Shown piece after piece: positions 11,450 through 23,915 of a stretch of DNA of 58,031 bases. The position numbers and the translations under genes are program-made. The notes under the pieces were generated by a model, which made no database searches, was not told the origin of the DNA, and saw only the letters and a list, made by a program, of their open reading frames with translations. Every line of letters begins with the position of its first letter. Positions within the stretch are counted from its first letter, which is position 1. This DNA is from Chiloscyllium plagiosum (Eukaryota), in the NCBI RefSeq assembly GCF_004010195.1, contig NC_057758.1, forward strand, positions 7,085,753 through 7,143,783, written 5' to 3'.

Positions 11450-13807
11450 AATGTACTCACTCTTGGAAACTGCGAAACTACAACATGAATTTGAGATCTG
11501 TATTTTATACTGTTCTAGTGCTGGACCTAACGAATCAAGATAAACAAATCAGAACCCCAAGGTAAACCCATTAAGATCGTCGTAGCCCAGCAAGTGACTA
11601 TTCAGCCTGCACTCAGCTGAGCGCACGCACCCACTTCCTTCTTTTTCTCCTGGACTTTATCTCATAGCAGCTTGTTCAACTCGCTTTTGACGAAATTTGT
11701 CATAGCTTCATTCTCTCTCAGTTATGTTTCTGGTTTCACATGGGACAGGATGTAAAAGGATGGTTCCTCAATACCACCTTTGCATTACTTATGTATAAAA
11801 TTTAGCTCCATGAGGTTTTTCACATGTTCGGGGCGGGGGGGTGGGTAGCAATGCCTTTTTGTTTGTAATGTGTGAACCCCACATTGTAGTTATCACATCT
11901 GTCAGTTTTCTTGTTCTCGAATTTACTCCCTTCTACAATGATCTACCTGGTTTACAATAGCAGCGACTTCCAAAATTGACCGATGGAGTTTTGGATGATG
12001 ACGTGGAACCACCATATAATGCACTCGTTTCTGTAAAGAAAATACACATATATGTATATCTTTAAAAGATGTAAGTCTCTGGACAACTTGATTGGAGTAA
12101 CTGCAGGGCCTAGGCAGTAGATGGTAAACTAAAAGCCATTATTCTCATAATCCTCCGGAGTCCTCAAACACAGAGGTGCCAGGACATGCCAAATTCACTG
12201 CAACTACAGCGTCGTCTTGTACTTTAAATCTCCATCTCCAGTCGTTCAGAACTACCGCGATTCCAAAGTGTTGCTTTTTTTGTTTCTGACTGCAAAATGA
12301 TACAGAAGGTGGGGTGCTCAGCCCACACCATCATGGACACCTGCCTTCCATCCATTTACACCGTCTACATGGCTCGCTGACATTGAAAAGCTTCCAACAT
12401 CATCAAAGACCAATTGCACTGCAGTAATGATTTCCTACAACCTCTTCAATCAGACAAGAGATGCAGAAACCTGAACACACACACACAACTTTTCCCTGGC
12501 TGTATTAGACAACATCCCATGCTCCCCCTTCATCAAACTTCTTTGTTGCTTATTCAAAAATACAATAATGCTTATGAGACACGATTTCGCATACACAACA
12601 CCACGTTGACTGCTCCTAATTCGTCCATGCCTATGCAAACGCATGTAAATTATGTTCCCAAGGATTCCCTCCAACAATGGACCTACCACTGACAACAGGT
12701 TACCTGTCCTCTACATTCCTGCCCTTTCCTCACCTCCTTTCTAAAGCATTGACATCACGTTCGCCAATCTCCAGTCTTCCAGCACTTTATTTGTAGTGAT
12801 CGATATTAAAGATGACTCAGCAAGGGGCACAACGATCAATTCTCCAACTTCCTACATCGTTCTGGCGTTCATCTGACCACGTCCTGGGGCTTTATCCAAC
12901 TTTGTGCATGTTAAGGTGTCCACCACGTCCTCCTCGATAAGATGTGGCTGTTCATTTCATTTGCTTTCATTTCCCTCTTAATAACAATANNNNNNNNNNN
13001 NNNNNNNNNNNNNNNNNNNNNNNNNNNNNNNNNNNNNNNNNNNNNNNNNNNNNNNNNNNNNNNNNNNNNNNNNNNNNNNNNNNNNNNNNNNNNNNNNNAC
13101 CAGTGGTTCAGGAACAACTTTTCCCTGGCTGTATTAGACAACATCCCCTGCTCCCCCTTCATCAACCTTCTTTGTCACTTATTCAAAAATACAATAATGC
13201 TTATGAGACACGATTTCGCATACACAACACCACGATGACTGCTCCTAATTCGTCCTTGCCTATCCAAACACATGTAAATTATGTTCCCAAGGATTCCCTC
13301 CAACAACGTACCTACCATTGACAACAGGTTACCTGGCCTCTACGTTCCTGCCGTGTCCTCACCTCCTTTATAAAGTATTGACATCACGTTAGCCAATCTC
13401 CAGTCTTCCAGCATCTTATCTGTAGTGATCGATGTGAAAGATGACTCAGCAAGGGGCACAACAATCAATTCTCCAACTTCCTAAATAGTTCTGGCTTTCA
13501 TCTGACCACGTCCTGGGGCTTTATCCACCTTTGTGCGTGTTAAGGTGTCCACCACCTCCTCCTCGGTAAGATGTGGCTGTTCATTTCATTTGCTTTCATT
13601 TCCCTCTAAATAATAAATACTGATGTGAAATAGTTGTTAAGTGTCTCGCCTGTCTCTTGCAGTTCCACACATTCCATGTAGCCTTGTTGACCACATGGGG
13701 GAAAGGGGGAAGGCGGCTATTCTCTCCCTTGTCATTTTTCCCCTTAAAGTATTTGTGGAATTTCATTGGATTCTCCTTAACCATATTCACAAAGTTACCT
13801 CATGTCC
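11305..13807 (-). repeat. Older inverted paralog of 18460-21345 (and of 35870-37095)
   Basis: For example, cttggaaactgcgaaactacaacatga (11462) is the reverse complement of tcatgttgtagtttcacagtttccaag (~21165). Collinear through the shared CR1 fragment; visibly more diverged than the A/B copies. Confidence 0.88.
12490..13807 (-). mobile_element. Old CR1 ORF2 fragment (present twice around the 12990-13098 gap)
   Basis: MVKENPMKFHKYFK and IRSSQRGVVYAKSCLISI are CR1-like. 12487-12989 is repeated at 13116-13620. Confidence 0.8.
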
Positions 13808-16355
13808 ACATTATCGAACATAGAACATAGAACATTACAGCGCAGTACAGGCCCTTCGCCCATCGATGTTGCGCCGCTCTGTCAGACTAATCTGAAGCCC
13901 ATGTCCACATTATCGAACATAGAACATTACAGCGCAGTACAGGCCCTTCGCCCCTCGATGTTGCGCCGCTCTGTCATACTAATCTGAAGCCCACCCCACC
14001 TACACTATCCCATATACGTCCATATGCCTGTCCAATGACGACTTAAATGTACTTAAACCTGGCGAATCTACTACAGTTGCAGGTAAACCATTCCATACCC
14101 TTACTAATCTCTGAGTAAAGAAACTACCTCTGACATCTGTCTTATATCTATCTCTCTTCATTTTAAAGTTGTGTCCCCTCATGTTTGCCGTTTGCCGTCC
14201 CAATACTTGGAAAAAGGCTCTGCCTTTCCACTCTATCTACCCTCTGATTATCTTGTATGTCTCTATTAAATCACCTCTCAACCTTCTTCTCTCTAACGAG
14301 AACAGCCTCAAGACCGTCAGCCTGTCCTCTTAAGACATTCCTTCTATACCAGGCAACATCCTAGTAAATCTCCTCTGCACCCTTTCCAAAGCTTCCATAT
14401 CCTTCTTAAAATGTGGTGACCAGAACTATGGCCGTATCAGAGCTTTGTCCAGCTGCAACATAACCTCTTGGTTCTGGAACTAAATCTCTCTATTAATAAA
14501 GGTCAAAACACCGCATGACTTCTTAACAAACCTTTCAATCTGGGTGGCAACTTTCAGGGATCTGTGCACATGGACACTGAGACCTCTCTGCTCATCTGCA
14601 CTGCCAAGAATCTTACAATTAGCCCAGTACTTTGCATTCCTATTACCCCATCCAAAGTGTAGCACCTCACACTTGTCCACATTAAACTACATTTGACACC
14701 TCTCAGTTCAGCTCTGCATCCTATCTATGTCTCTCTCAACCCACTACATCCTTCGTCACTATCCACAACTCCACCGACCTTAGTGTCGTCTGCAAATTTA
14801 CTAACTCACCCTTCTAAACCCTCATCCAGGTCATTTATAAAAATGACGAACAGTAGTGGACCCAACACTGACCCTTGCGGTACGCCGCTCGTAAATGGAC
14901 TCCAAGATGAACATGTTCCATCAACCATAACCCTCTGTTTCTTTCAGCAAGCCAATTACTGATCAAAACTGCTATGTCTCACACAATCCCATTTCTCCGC
15001 ATTTTGTATAATAGCCTACTGTGGAGAACCTCATCGAACGCCTTGCTAAAATCTATATACACCACATCAACTGATTTACTCTCATCCATCTGTTTGGTCA
15101 CTTTGTCAAAAAAATCAACAAGTTTCGTTAGGCACGATCTACCCTTCACAAAACCGTGCTGACTGTCCCTGGTCAGATTATTCTTTTCTAGATGGTTATA
15201 CATCCTATCTCTTATAACCTTTTCCAACACTTTTCCAACACTTTACCAACCCTGGTCTTTAATTACCACGGTTGTCTCTACTACCCTTTTTGAAAAAGGG
15301 AACCAAATTTGCTGTCCTCCAGTCCTCACGCACTATTCCTGTAGATAATGATGATTTGAAGTTCAATGCCAAAGGCTCGGCAATCTCTTCCCTTGCTTCC
15401 CATAGGATCCTAGGATAGATCCCATCCCGCCCGTGGATTTATCGATTTTCACACTCTGCAGTTTATCTAATACCTCTTCCTTCTGAACCTCAATCTCTTC
15501 TAGTGTAGATGCAAGTATCTCTGTATCTTCCTCGCCAACACTTTCATTTTCTCCAGTGAACACTGTCGAAAAATGTTTGTTTAGTGCTTCCCCTACCTCC
15601 TCTAACTCCACACGCAACTTCCCACTTTTTTTCTTGATTGGCACTAATTTAACTCTCGTCATTCTTTTATTCCTGACATACCTATGGAAAGCCTTAGGGT
15701 TAATCCTGCTTCTATGCGCCAACAACTTCTCATGTCTCCTACTGGCTCTTCTGAAATCTGTTTTTGTTTTGGATTTCCTGACTTCCTTGTAACCCTCAAG
15801 CGCTCTAACGTTTTTTCATATTTTGTTCGAACATAAGCCTTCTTCTTCTTCTTGACCAGGGATTCTACTCCCTCAGTAAACCACGGCTCACGTGTTCTAT
15901 ATCTTCCTCCCTGCCTGACAGGCTCAAAATTATCTAGTCCACACAGGAGCTTTTCCTTGAATAAGCTCCACATTTTTAATGTGCTTATCCTCTGCAGTTT
16001 CCTTCCCCATTCTACCCTTCCTAAGTCTTTCCTAATTGTATCGTAATTTCCGTTCCCCCAGCTGTAACTCTTGCTCGGTGGGGTACACCTATCCATTTCC
16101 ATTACTAAAGTAAACCTGACAAAATTGTGATCGCTGTCACCAAAGTGCTCACCGACTTTCAAATCTAACACCTGGCCAGGCTCGTTACCCAGCGCTAAAT
16201 CTAAAGTCACTTTGCCCCTTTTAGGCCTGTCTCCATACTCTGTCAGGAAGCCCACCTGCACACACTGGACAAAAGCTGACCCATCTATACTACTCATACA
16301 GTAGTGATCCCTGTCAATATTTTGATAGTTGAAGTCTCCAATGATAACTACCCAA
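13808..16355 (-). mobile_element. Younger 5'-truncated CR1/HER1 LINE (endonuclease end, RT, 3' UTR), frameshifted
   Basis: EHFGDSDHN; QHGFVKGRSCLTKLVDFF...YIDFSKAFD; antisense of KFADDTK at 14780-14800; MDKCEVLHFG; FFTQRLVRVWNGLP; (ttctatg)n-type tail seen as catagaacatagaac. Confidence 0.95.
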
Positions 16356-18179
16356 TGACATCCAAATCATTGATATAAATGACAAGACGTATTGGATCCA
16401 AAACCTGTTTGTCTCTGTGTTATCTATTTTTAGCTGATGTCCTCGGTTGTGAATCAATAAATAACAGTTCCAGGATTGTGTATCCTGTACCATTTTCCGG
16501 AGTTTTTTTTAAAAAAAATCATGTCTGAACACTTGCAACAATCGAACAACTTCACTGTCAGGTCTCAAGAGTGGAGCAGGTCAGAAGGATGGAAAATCCT
16601 CCAATAGGGTGGACTCCGGTGTGGGTGAGGAGAGAAATGACATTTCTCTGAAGCCACAGCTCGAAAATCTTCATCAACTCTCATTTCTATTAATTCATGG
16701 GACTTGGGTGGTGCTTGCCTGCCTGGTATTTGTCTCCCGTCTCTCGTTGCTCCTCTTGAGAACGTGGGGTGGAGGTAGGGGTGAGCTGTTCCTTGAAGCT
16801 CTGCAGACTGTGTCGTGTAGGCAGACCCACAGTAAACAATGAAGGAGGGGATTCCAGGATTTTGACTCGGCGACACTGAAGGAATGTTGAGATCAGTAAT
16901 ACGTCAGTCCTCTTCAAAGATGAAAATAAATTGAGGAATACACTGAGATCGAAGGGGCACATAGCATGCTTCGGGTGTGACACTTCAATGCTCATCACAT
17001 AAAGAATCTCCATAGAAAAAAAACTGACTGAACAGGCTGAGAGACAAAAGGCAGAGCTGTTAGACTACAGAAAGTGATTAGTGGGTCATCAAATGGAAGC
17101 ATCTTAAACGAACTGATTCTGAACAAACCTACCTGTCACAGATGGATCTGTCCACAATGGTATTTCTGGGAGATTCCAGCGCACAGGCATCACAGAAGTG
17201 AATTCCCACCCATCATAAAGATGCCTTCTTAGAGTTATGTGGCCATACTACTGGCAAAGTGGGACATACCTATCAAGAATTCAGTAACTAAAACTGAACA
17301 TCCATGAGGCAACCGTGGGCCATCATCACCAGCAATACTGTAGCCAACCACTAACACCTAGCTGAGAAATATGGATGATTTTCTCCGATTAGAGGGTCCA
17401 TCTGTAATTCTTCGCTTCAGTCGCTGTCAAAGTTTGGCTATTATGTGCATTCGTAGAGGCTTTCGCTTAAATGCGCAAGTGATTCAAGATTCACGGGAAA
17501 AACAGGTGGGAAAGTGAAACTGAGGATTATTAGCTAAGTCACGATTTTTATTGACAGAGCAGAGTTGTTTGGCTGAATCGTCATCTTGTCCCACACCTTA
17601 TTGTCTTGTGCTGGAAAATTATGTTTATGTGGTGATGTGCGATCTGCTGCTTAGAGTTTGGACTGTTCATTGGCAGGAAGATTCTGAAAACTGTCGAACG
17701 GCTAATCACTTGTAGAGGCAGAGGGTGAAGAGTGTGTAGAATGAGCTGCCAGAGGAAGTGGTAGAGTCTGGCACAATTACTGCCTTTAAAAGGCATCTGG
17801 ATGGGGACAGTAATAGGAAGTGTTTAGAGGGATATGTGCCAAATGTTGACAAATCGACGTAGATTTATTCAGGAAATCTTGTCGGCATGGATGAAGAGTG
17901 TTTTTTCATGTTGTAAATCTCGATGACTATACCAGACCTACCAAGAAACCAAGGTGTAAAGAACCAGAACAATATGAGATACATTACAATAATGTCAGGG
18001 TCAAGCATTCTTATAATATTCTAGAAAGATCCAATTCATGAACAAAGAGTTTCTGTGAGACTGAACTGCGTTTGTCCGCAGTATATCTTTGTGCTCTTAA
18101 TCCCCTTGGGTGCAGGATGGTGTTTTGACTCTCCCCAGGGTTCTGTACCTGCCAGTGTCACTTGTCCTCTCATCATTGC

Positions 18180-19290
18180 TGTCTTTCAAAACGTGACTGG
18201 GAGAGGTTTTCGCAAGTAAATGGGCCAGTTCGTAAGTGGGATGCCTTTGAAGATGAGATGAAAAGAGCCCAGAGACAGTATGTTCTTGTCAGAATGAATG
18301 GCAAGTCTGGGAGGTGGAAGGAATGCTGAAACGCAAGAGAAATTGAGGCTCTGGTCAAGAAAAGGTTGAGGCGTTAGTCAATTTCAGACAGCTGAGATTG
18401 ACTGAATCCGAACGGAGTATAACGGAAATCGTAGGATTTCAGGTGGAAAAGCAGGAGGCAAAAAGGGGACATGAGGTTACTTTGGTGAATATGGTTAAGG
18501 AGAATCCAAAGATATTCCACAAAAACGTTCCCCCGAAAAGTCAACGAGGCCATGTGAAATGTGTGAAACTGAGAGAGACAGGCGAGATACTAAACAAGTG
18601 TTCCACATCATTATTTACTGTTAAGAAAGAAATGAAAACAAAAGAACTTTGAAAAATGTATAGTCGTATGCTAAAATGTGTCCGTATTACTGAGGAGGAG
18701 GTGCTGGGCATCTTAAAATACAGAAAGGTGGATAAAGACCAGGGACGTGATCAGATGAAAGCCAGCACTTTGTGGGAAGTTAGAGAAGTGATTGTTGTGC
18801 CCCTTCCTGAGGTATATGTATCATCAATCACCACAGGTGAGGCGTTGGAAGACTGGAGATTGGCTAACATGTTTTCAATACTAAAAATGTTGGTAAGGAA
18901 ATGGCAGGAAAGTAGAGATCAGTGGCCCTGATGTCAGTGGTTGGTACGTTGTTGGGGAAAGTCCTTACGGGCAGAATTTACATGGATTTGGATAGGCAAG
19001 GACTAATTAGGAGCAGTCCACGTGGTGCTGTCCGGTTGAAATCGTGTCTCATGATTCTGATTGAATTTTTGAAGAAGTGACAAAGAAGATTGATGAAGGC
19101 GGAGCAGGCATTTGTTCAAATGGTCTTTAGCAAGGCTTTTGATAAGGTTCTGCGTGGTACACCCGATAGCAAGGTTTAATCACATGGAATCCAGCAGAGC
19201 TAACCACTTGGATCTAAAATTGCCTTGAAAGACGGAGACAAGATGGTGGTGGAAGGTTCTGTTCCAGACTGGAGGCCAAAGACTAGCGGG
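18180..19290 (+). mobile_element. Old CR1 ORF2 fragment
   Basis: MVKENPKIFHK; ITEEEVLGILKYRKVDK; TGEALEDWRLAN; FSKAFDKV-like sequence. Confidence 0.85.
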
Positions 19291-19684
19291 GCGCCATATT
19301 AACTCTGAGTTAACTCCACAGGTGCTGCCAGACCAGCTGAGATCTTTCCAGCATTTCCTGTTTGTGTTTCTGGCAAAGGAGCTCAATGATGTAAGGATAT
19401 CTGGGCAAGAGCAGGTTGGACACCGAAGTGTCTGTTTCTGTACCGTACAATTCTACATCATTGCACCTTTATGACTAATTTGTTAGTCCTCCAGTTCAGA
19501 CCCTGCAAGAGACGCCGTCTTGATTGATTGATTTATTGTCACGTGTACAGAATTACAGTGAAAGTTTTTTTATGAGCAGAACAGGCAGATGATAGTAAGC
19601 GTGGATGTACAGATCATGACGACTGAGGTAGAGACATTGCACATTTCCACACTCTGCCAGAACAACGTTAGCAAGATCATTGTT

Positions 19685-20057
19685 ATTTGAGAGAAAGGAG
19701 NNNNNNNNNNNNNNNNNNNNNNNNNNNNNNNNNNNNNNNNNNNNNNNNNNNNNNNNNNNNNNNNNNNNNNNNNNNNNNNNNNNNNNNNNNNNNNNNNNNN
19801 NNNNNNNNNNNNNNNNNNNNNNNNNNNNNNNNNNNNNNNNNNNNNNNNNNNNNNNNNNNNNNNNNNNNNNNNNNNNNNNNNNNNNNNNNNNNNNNNNNNN
19901 NNNNNNNNNNNNNNNNNNNNNNNNNNNNNNNNNNNNNNNNNNNNNNNNNNNNNNNNNNNNGGGCTAATGCCCGAAACGTCGATTCTCCTGTTCCCTGGAT
20001 GCTGCCTGACCTGCTGCGCTTTTCCAGCAACACATTTCCAGATTTGAGAGAAAGGAG
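19685..20057 (+). mobile_element. Short PLE-terminal insertion with apparent 16-bp TSD (mostly N)
   Basis: atttgagagaaaggag at 19685-19700 and 20042-20057 flanks the gap plus gggctaatgcccgaaacgtcgattctcctg...ttttccagcaacacat. Confidence 0.7.
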
Positions 20058-20091
20058 TCCATTATCGAGTCTAATACAGCCTGAACCTGCT

Positions 20092-20092
<1 letters not shown>

Positions 20093-20128
<36 letters not shown>

Positions 20129-20144
20129 TGTGTGTGTGTGTGTG
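20093..20144. repeat. (TG)n microsatellite (also at ~35810-35861)
   Basis: Direct observation. Confidence 0.95.
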
Positions 20145-21306
20145 TTTTGTTCAGGTTTCTGTTTCTCCTGTTTGGCTGAAGAGGGTGTAGGAGATCATTA
20201 CCTCGGTGCAATTGGTGTTTCATGATGTTGGCAGCCGTATAGATGTAGTATATGAATTGAAGGCTGTTTCCCGTGATGATGTCGGCTGAGCATCCCACCT
20301 TCTATAGCTTCTTACTATCCGAAACAAAGTAGGAGCAATTTGGAATCGCGGTAGTTCTGAATGACTGGAGATGGAGATTTAAAACACAGAAGACGCTGTG
20401 GTTTCAGTGAATTTCGCATGCCCTGGGACCACTTTTCAGAGGTTACCACAGACTGCGTCTATGTTTGGGGACTGCATAGGATTATGAGAATAAAGGCTTT
20501 TATTTTACCATCCACTGCCTGGGCCCTGCAGTCACTGCAATCAATTTGTCCAGAGACTTAAATCTTTAAAAGATACACATTTATGTGCATTTTTGACAGA
20601 CATCGATTGCATTATATGGTGGTTCCACTTTATCATCCAACGCTTTATCGGTCAATTTTGGAAGTAGCTGCTGTTGTAAACCAGGTAGATCGTTGAAGAA
20701 GGGATTCAATTCGAGAACAAGAAAACTGACAGATGTGATAGCTACAATTTGGGGTTAACACGTTACAAAGAAAGAGCAATTGCTCCCACCTGTGTACACG
20801 TGAAAAACCTCATGGAGCTAAGTTTTAAGCCGAAGTGAAGCAAAGGTGGTAGTGGAGAACCATCCTTTTACTTCCGATCACATGTGAATCCGGAAAGATA
20901 ACTGAGAGAAAATTCAGCTGTGAGAAATTTACTCAAAAGCGAGTTGAACAAGCAGCTATGCGATGAAGTACAGGAGAAAAAAGAAGAAAGCGGGTGAGGG
21001 AGCTCAGCTGAGTGAAACCCGCAGAGAGCTATGAATGACAGTACAGTTTGAGTAGTCACTTGCTGGGATATGAATATCATAATGTGTTTATCTTGGGGTT
21101 CTGATTTGTTTAACTGGATTCGTTAGGTCCAACAGTAGAACAGTGCAAAATACAGGTCTCGAACTCATGTTGTAGTTTCACAGTTTCCAAGTGTGGGTAC
21201 ATTTTTAACTGATAAGCAAAAGGTGGTGACAGCAGATGCTGCTGATTAGAGACGAGAGTGTGGTGCTGGAAAAGCACAGTGGATCAGGCAGCACACGAGA
21301 GCAGGA

Positions 21307-21345
21307 AGATCGACGTTTCGGGCAACAGCCCTTCATCAGGAATCT
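21307..21345 (-). ncRNA. Minimal type I hammerhead ribozyme motif in a PLE terminal repeat
   Basis: AGATTC-CTGATGA-A-GGGC tgtt GCCC-GAAAC-GTC-GATCT: intact CUGANGA and GAAA cores, helix II, palindromic ACGT in place of helix III, GUC cleavage triplet. Confidence 0.75.
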
Positions 21346-21845
21346 ACAGTGTACAATATACCATGCAAGGACTGCACAAAACACTATATAGGACAAACAG
21401 GAAGACAGCTAACGATCCCGCATCCACGAGCTTCAACTAGCCACGAAACGACACGAGCAGCTATCCCTTGTAGCCACACACGCAGACGACAAGCAACATG
21501 AATTTGACTGGGACAACACTACCATTATAGGACAAGCGAAACAAAGAATAGCCAGGGAATTCCTAGAAGCATGGCACTCATCCACAAACTCCATCAACAA
21601 ACACATAGACCTGGACCCAATATACCGGCCACTACAGCGGACAGCTGAAACTGACAACCAGAAGCGGCAGAGACAGCCACTATAAATGCCGGAGGAAACA
21701 CCACAGAAACGCTTCACAGGAGGCTCCCAAGCACTGAGGGTGTCACCTAGACAGGGGACGAAACGTTTGCAACAAAACCTTCCAGCTCGGCGAACAGAAC
21801 CAGAGCAACGAGCACCCGAGCTACAAATCTTCTCACAAACTTTGA
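21346..21845 (+). mobile_element. Penelope-like element 3' fragment, GIY-YIG endonuclease plus terminal repeat (copy B ~37097-37595)
   Basis: VYNIPCKDCTKHYIGQTGRQLTIRIHELQLA...REFLEAWHSSTNSINKHIDLDPIYRPL. Confidence 0.92.
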
Positions 21846-21934
21846 AGGTCGTTAGAGAAAAATCTTAAGGTATGCTTGCCATCATTGGACAGAACATTGA
21901 GGATATGGATAGTCAAGTTATGCTGCGGTGAATT

Positions 21935-22640
21935 TGACTGCGCCCACACCTCCTCGATTACCTCTGTCCAAGGGCCTAAAGGATGTTCCATATCTAACAG
22001 AGCTATTCCTGTACTTCCACACATTTCACCTACTGAGTCCTTTGCTCTCGATGTGGGTCTCCCCAACATTAGGGAGACAAGACACAAACTTGCGAATTGT
22101 TTCAGAGAACATCTCTGGGACACCCGCACCAACCCCTTGATCCCTTTAACTCCTCCACTCACTCCAACAACGACATGTCAGTCCTGGGCACATCTATCGC
22201 CAAACCCTAACCACCCAACACCTGGGAGTAGAACGCCTATTCTTCCGCCTTGGAACCCCCTCGCAACCACACGGGATCAATTTGGATTTCACCAGTTCTC
22301 TCATTTTCCCTCACCTACCTTGCCCTCATTTCATCCATCCAACTCTGCATCGCTTTCTTGAACTGTCCGATCTGGCCATCTTCGTATCCATCCATCTTCG
22401 TATCCACCACCCTCCTCTCTGAACTTTCATCTTCACACCCACTTCAAATATCGCACGCTCAGCTACCTCCCACCACTCACCCACCACATCCACACTCGTC
22501 TGCAATTTATCTCTCAGGTCCCTTGATCCAAAATCCTCATTCTTGATGAAGTATTTATGCCCAAAACATCGACTCTCCTGCACCTCAGTCGCTGCCTGAC
22601 TGCCTGGGGTTTTCCAGCATCACACTCTTCGACACTTGAC
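21935..22640 (+). mobile_element. Second PLE family fragment (copy B ~37655-38670 is ~310 bp longer)
   Basis: IRETRHKLANCFREHLWDTRTN GIY-YIG-type motif; C-rich 3' region ending in a degenerate hammerhead-bearing terminus. Confidence 0.85.
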
Positions 22641-22649
22641 ATATTGCAT

Positions 22650-23160
22650 ACAGCTGTGATCCCACACTATCCAAAGGACGTGGATGCTTTGGATAGGATA
22701 CCGAAAATGTTTAGCAGGATGCTGTCTGGTATGTCAGATTTTAGCTATGGAGGAATATTGGCAAGACTGCGTTTGTTTTCACCGGATCGCAGGAGATTGA
22801 GGGACAATCCAATAGAAGTTTGTAAGATTGGTAATGGCATGGATGGAGTGGAAAATGAGGCTATTTCTTCCCGGAGTGGAGAGGATCAATTAATCAGATA
22901 TGCAGGTTCAAGATATGAGCTGGGGGATGTTTAAAAGAATTGCGCAAGGCAAATTTTCACATAAAGGATGGTGAGTGCCAGGAGGCTGTTACCAGAGGAG
23001 GTGGTGGAATCAGACACAATAGCATCATTGAAGAAGCACCTGGACAGGAAGAGAGGGGTGGTACACTGACCAGGAAAGGAAGACTGCTTTAGTATGGAAG
23101 GATAGAATATGGTTGCGCAGGCTTGGAGGGCCAAAGGGCCTATTCTTGCACTGTACTGTT
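22650..23160 (+). mobile_element. CR1 3' fragment (copy B ~38680-39170)
   Basis: PHYPKDVDALDRIPKMFSRMLSGM...LRLFSPDRRRLRD. Confidence 0.85.
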
Positions 23161-23299
23161 GGTTGAGAAATATGAACATTCATGTCCAGAAGTGAGGTGG
23201 CCCCATGAGCTAACCAGACAGACAGATTGTAAGATCCCTACAGGGACTCAATCACTGAGTCCCATATTATACATTTGCCAGAAAAGAAGCAACATTCAC

Positions 23300-23915
23300 A
23301 GCGAATGGCACCGTCCTTTCACTCCCCTGGAACCAGAGGTCATGCTGCATTAGATATACTGTCCTTTCCCTCCTCTTGAATAGGGAAGTCAGGGTGCATT
23401 ACAAACGTGTCTTTTCGCACACTGAGACCGGAGGTTTCCGCGCATTAGGTAGAGAGTCCTTCCCGTCCTCTGGAATCGGGCTCTACAACGCAACATATGC
23501 ACGATTCTTTCCCCACTTTGGGACTGACATCATGGTGCATTAGACACACTATCCTTTCCCCACTCTGCGACTGGGTGTCACAATGCGTTGGATATGTTGA
23601 TAATTTCCACCCTCTGGTACCAAGCGTTAGAGTTCATTAGATACACCTTCCTTCACTGCTCTGGGACTGGTATCACTGTGTTACACACACTGTCCTTTCC
23701 TCGCTTTGGGACTGGTGTCACGGTGTGTTAGATACATCATCCTTTTCCACCCTCTGTTGCTGGGAGTCAGAGTGCATGAGATACACTTTCCTTCCCGCTC
23801 TGGAACTGGTGTCACGGAGTTAGACACACTAGCCTTTCCACGCTCAGGGCCTGGTGCCACATTGTATTAGATACATTGTCCTTTCCACCCTTATGGACTG
23901 GGAGTCAGAGTGCAG
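23300..23915. repeat. Degenerate ~45-47 bp minisatellite (copy B ~39320-39925)
   Basis: Repeated ctgggactggtgtcac.gtgcattagatacactgtcctttcc units, about a dozen copies. Confidence 0.9.

Noticed and set aside
23300..23915. CRISPR-like regularly spaced repeats
   Set aside because: Units are contiguous degenerate tandem copies without unique spacers; eukaryotic context and no cas genes.
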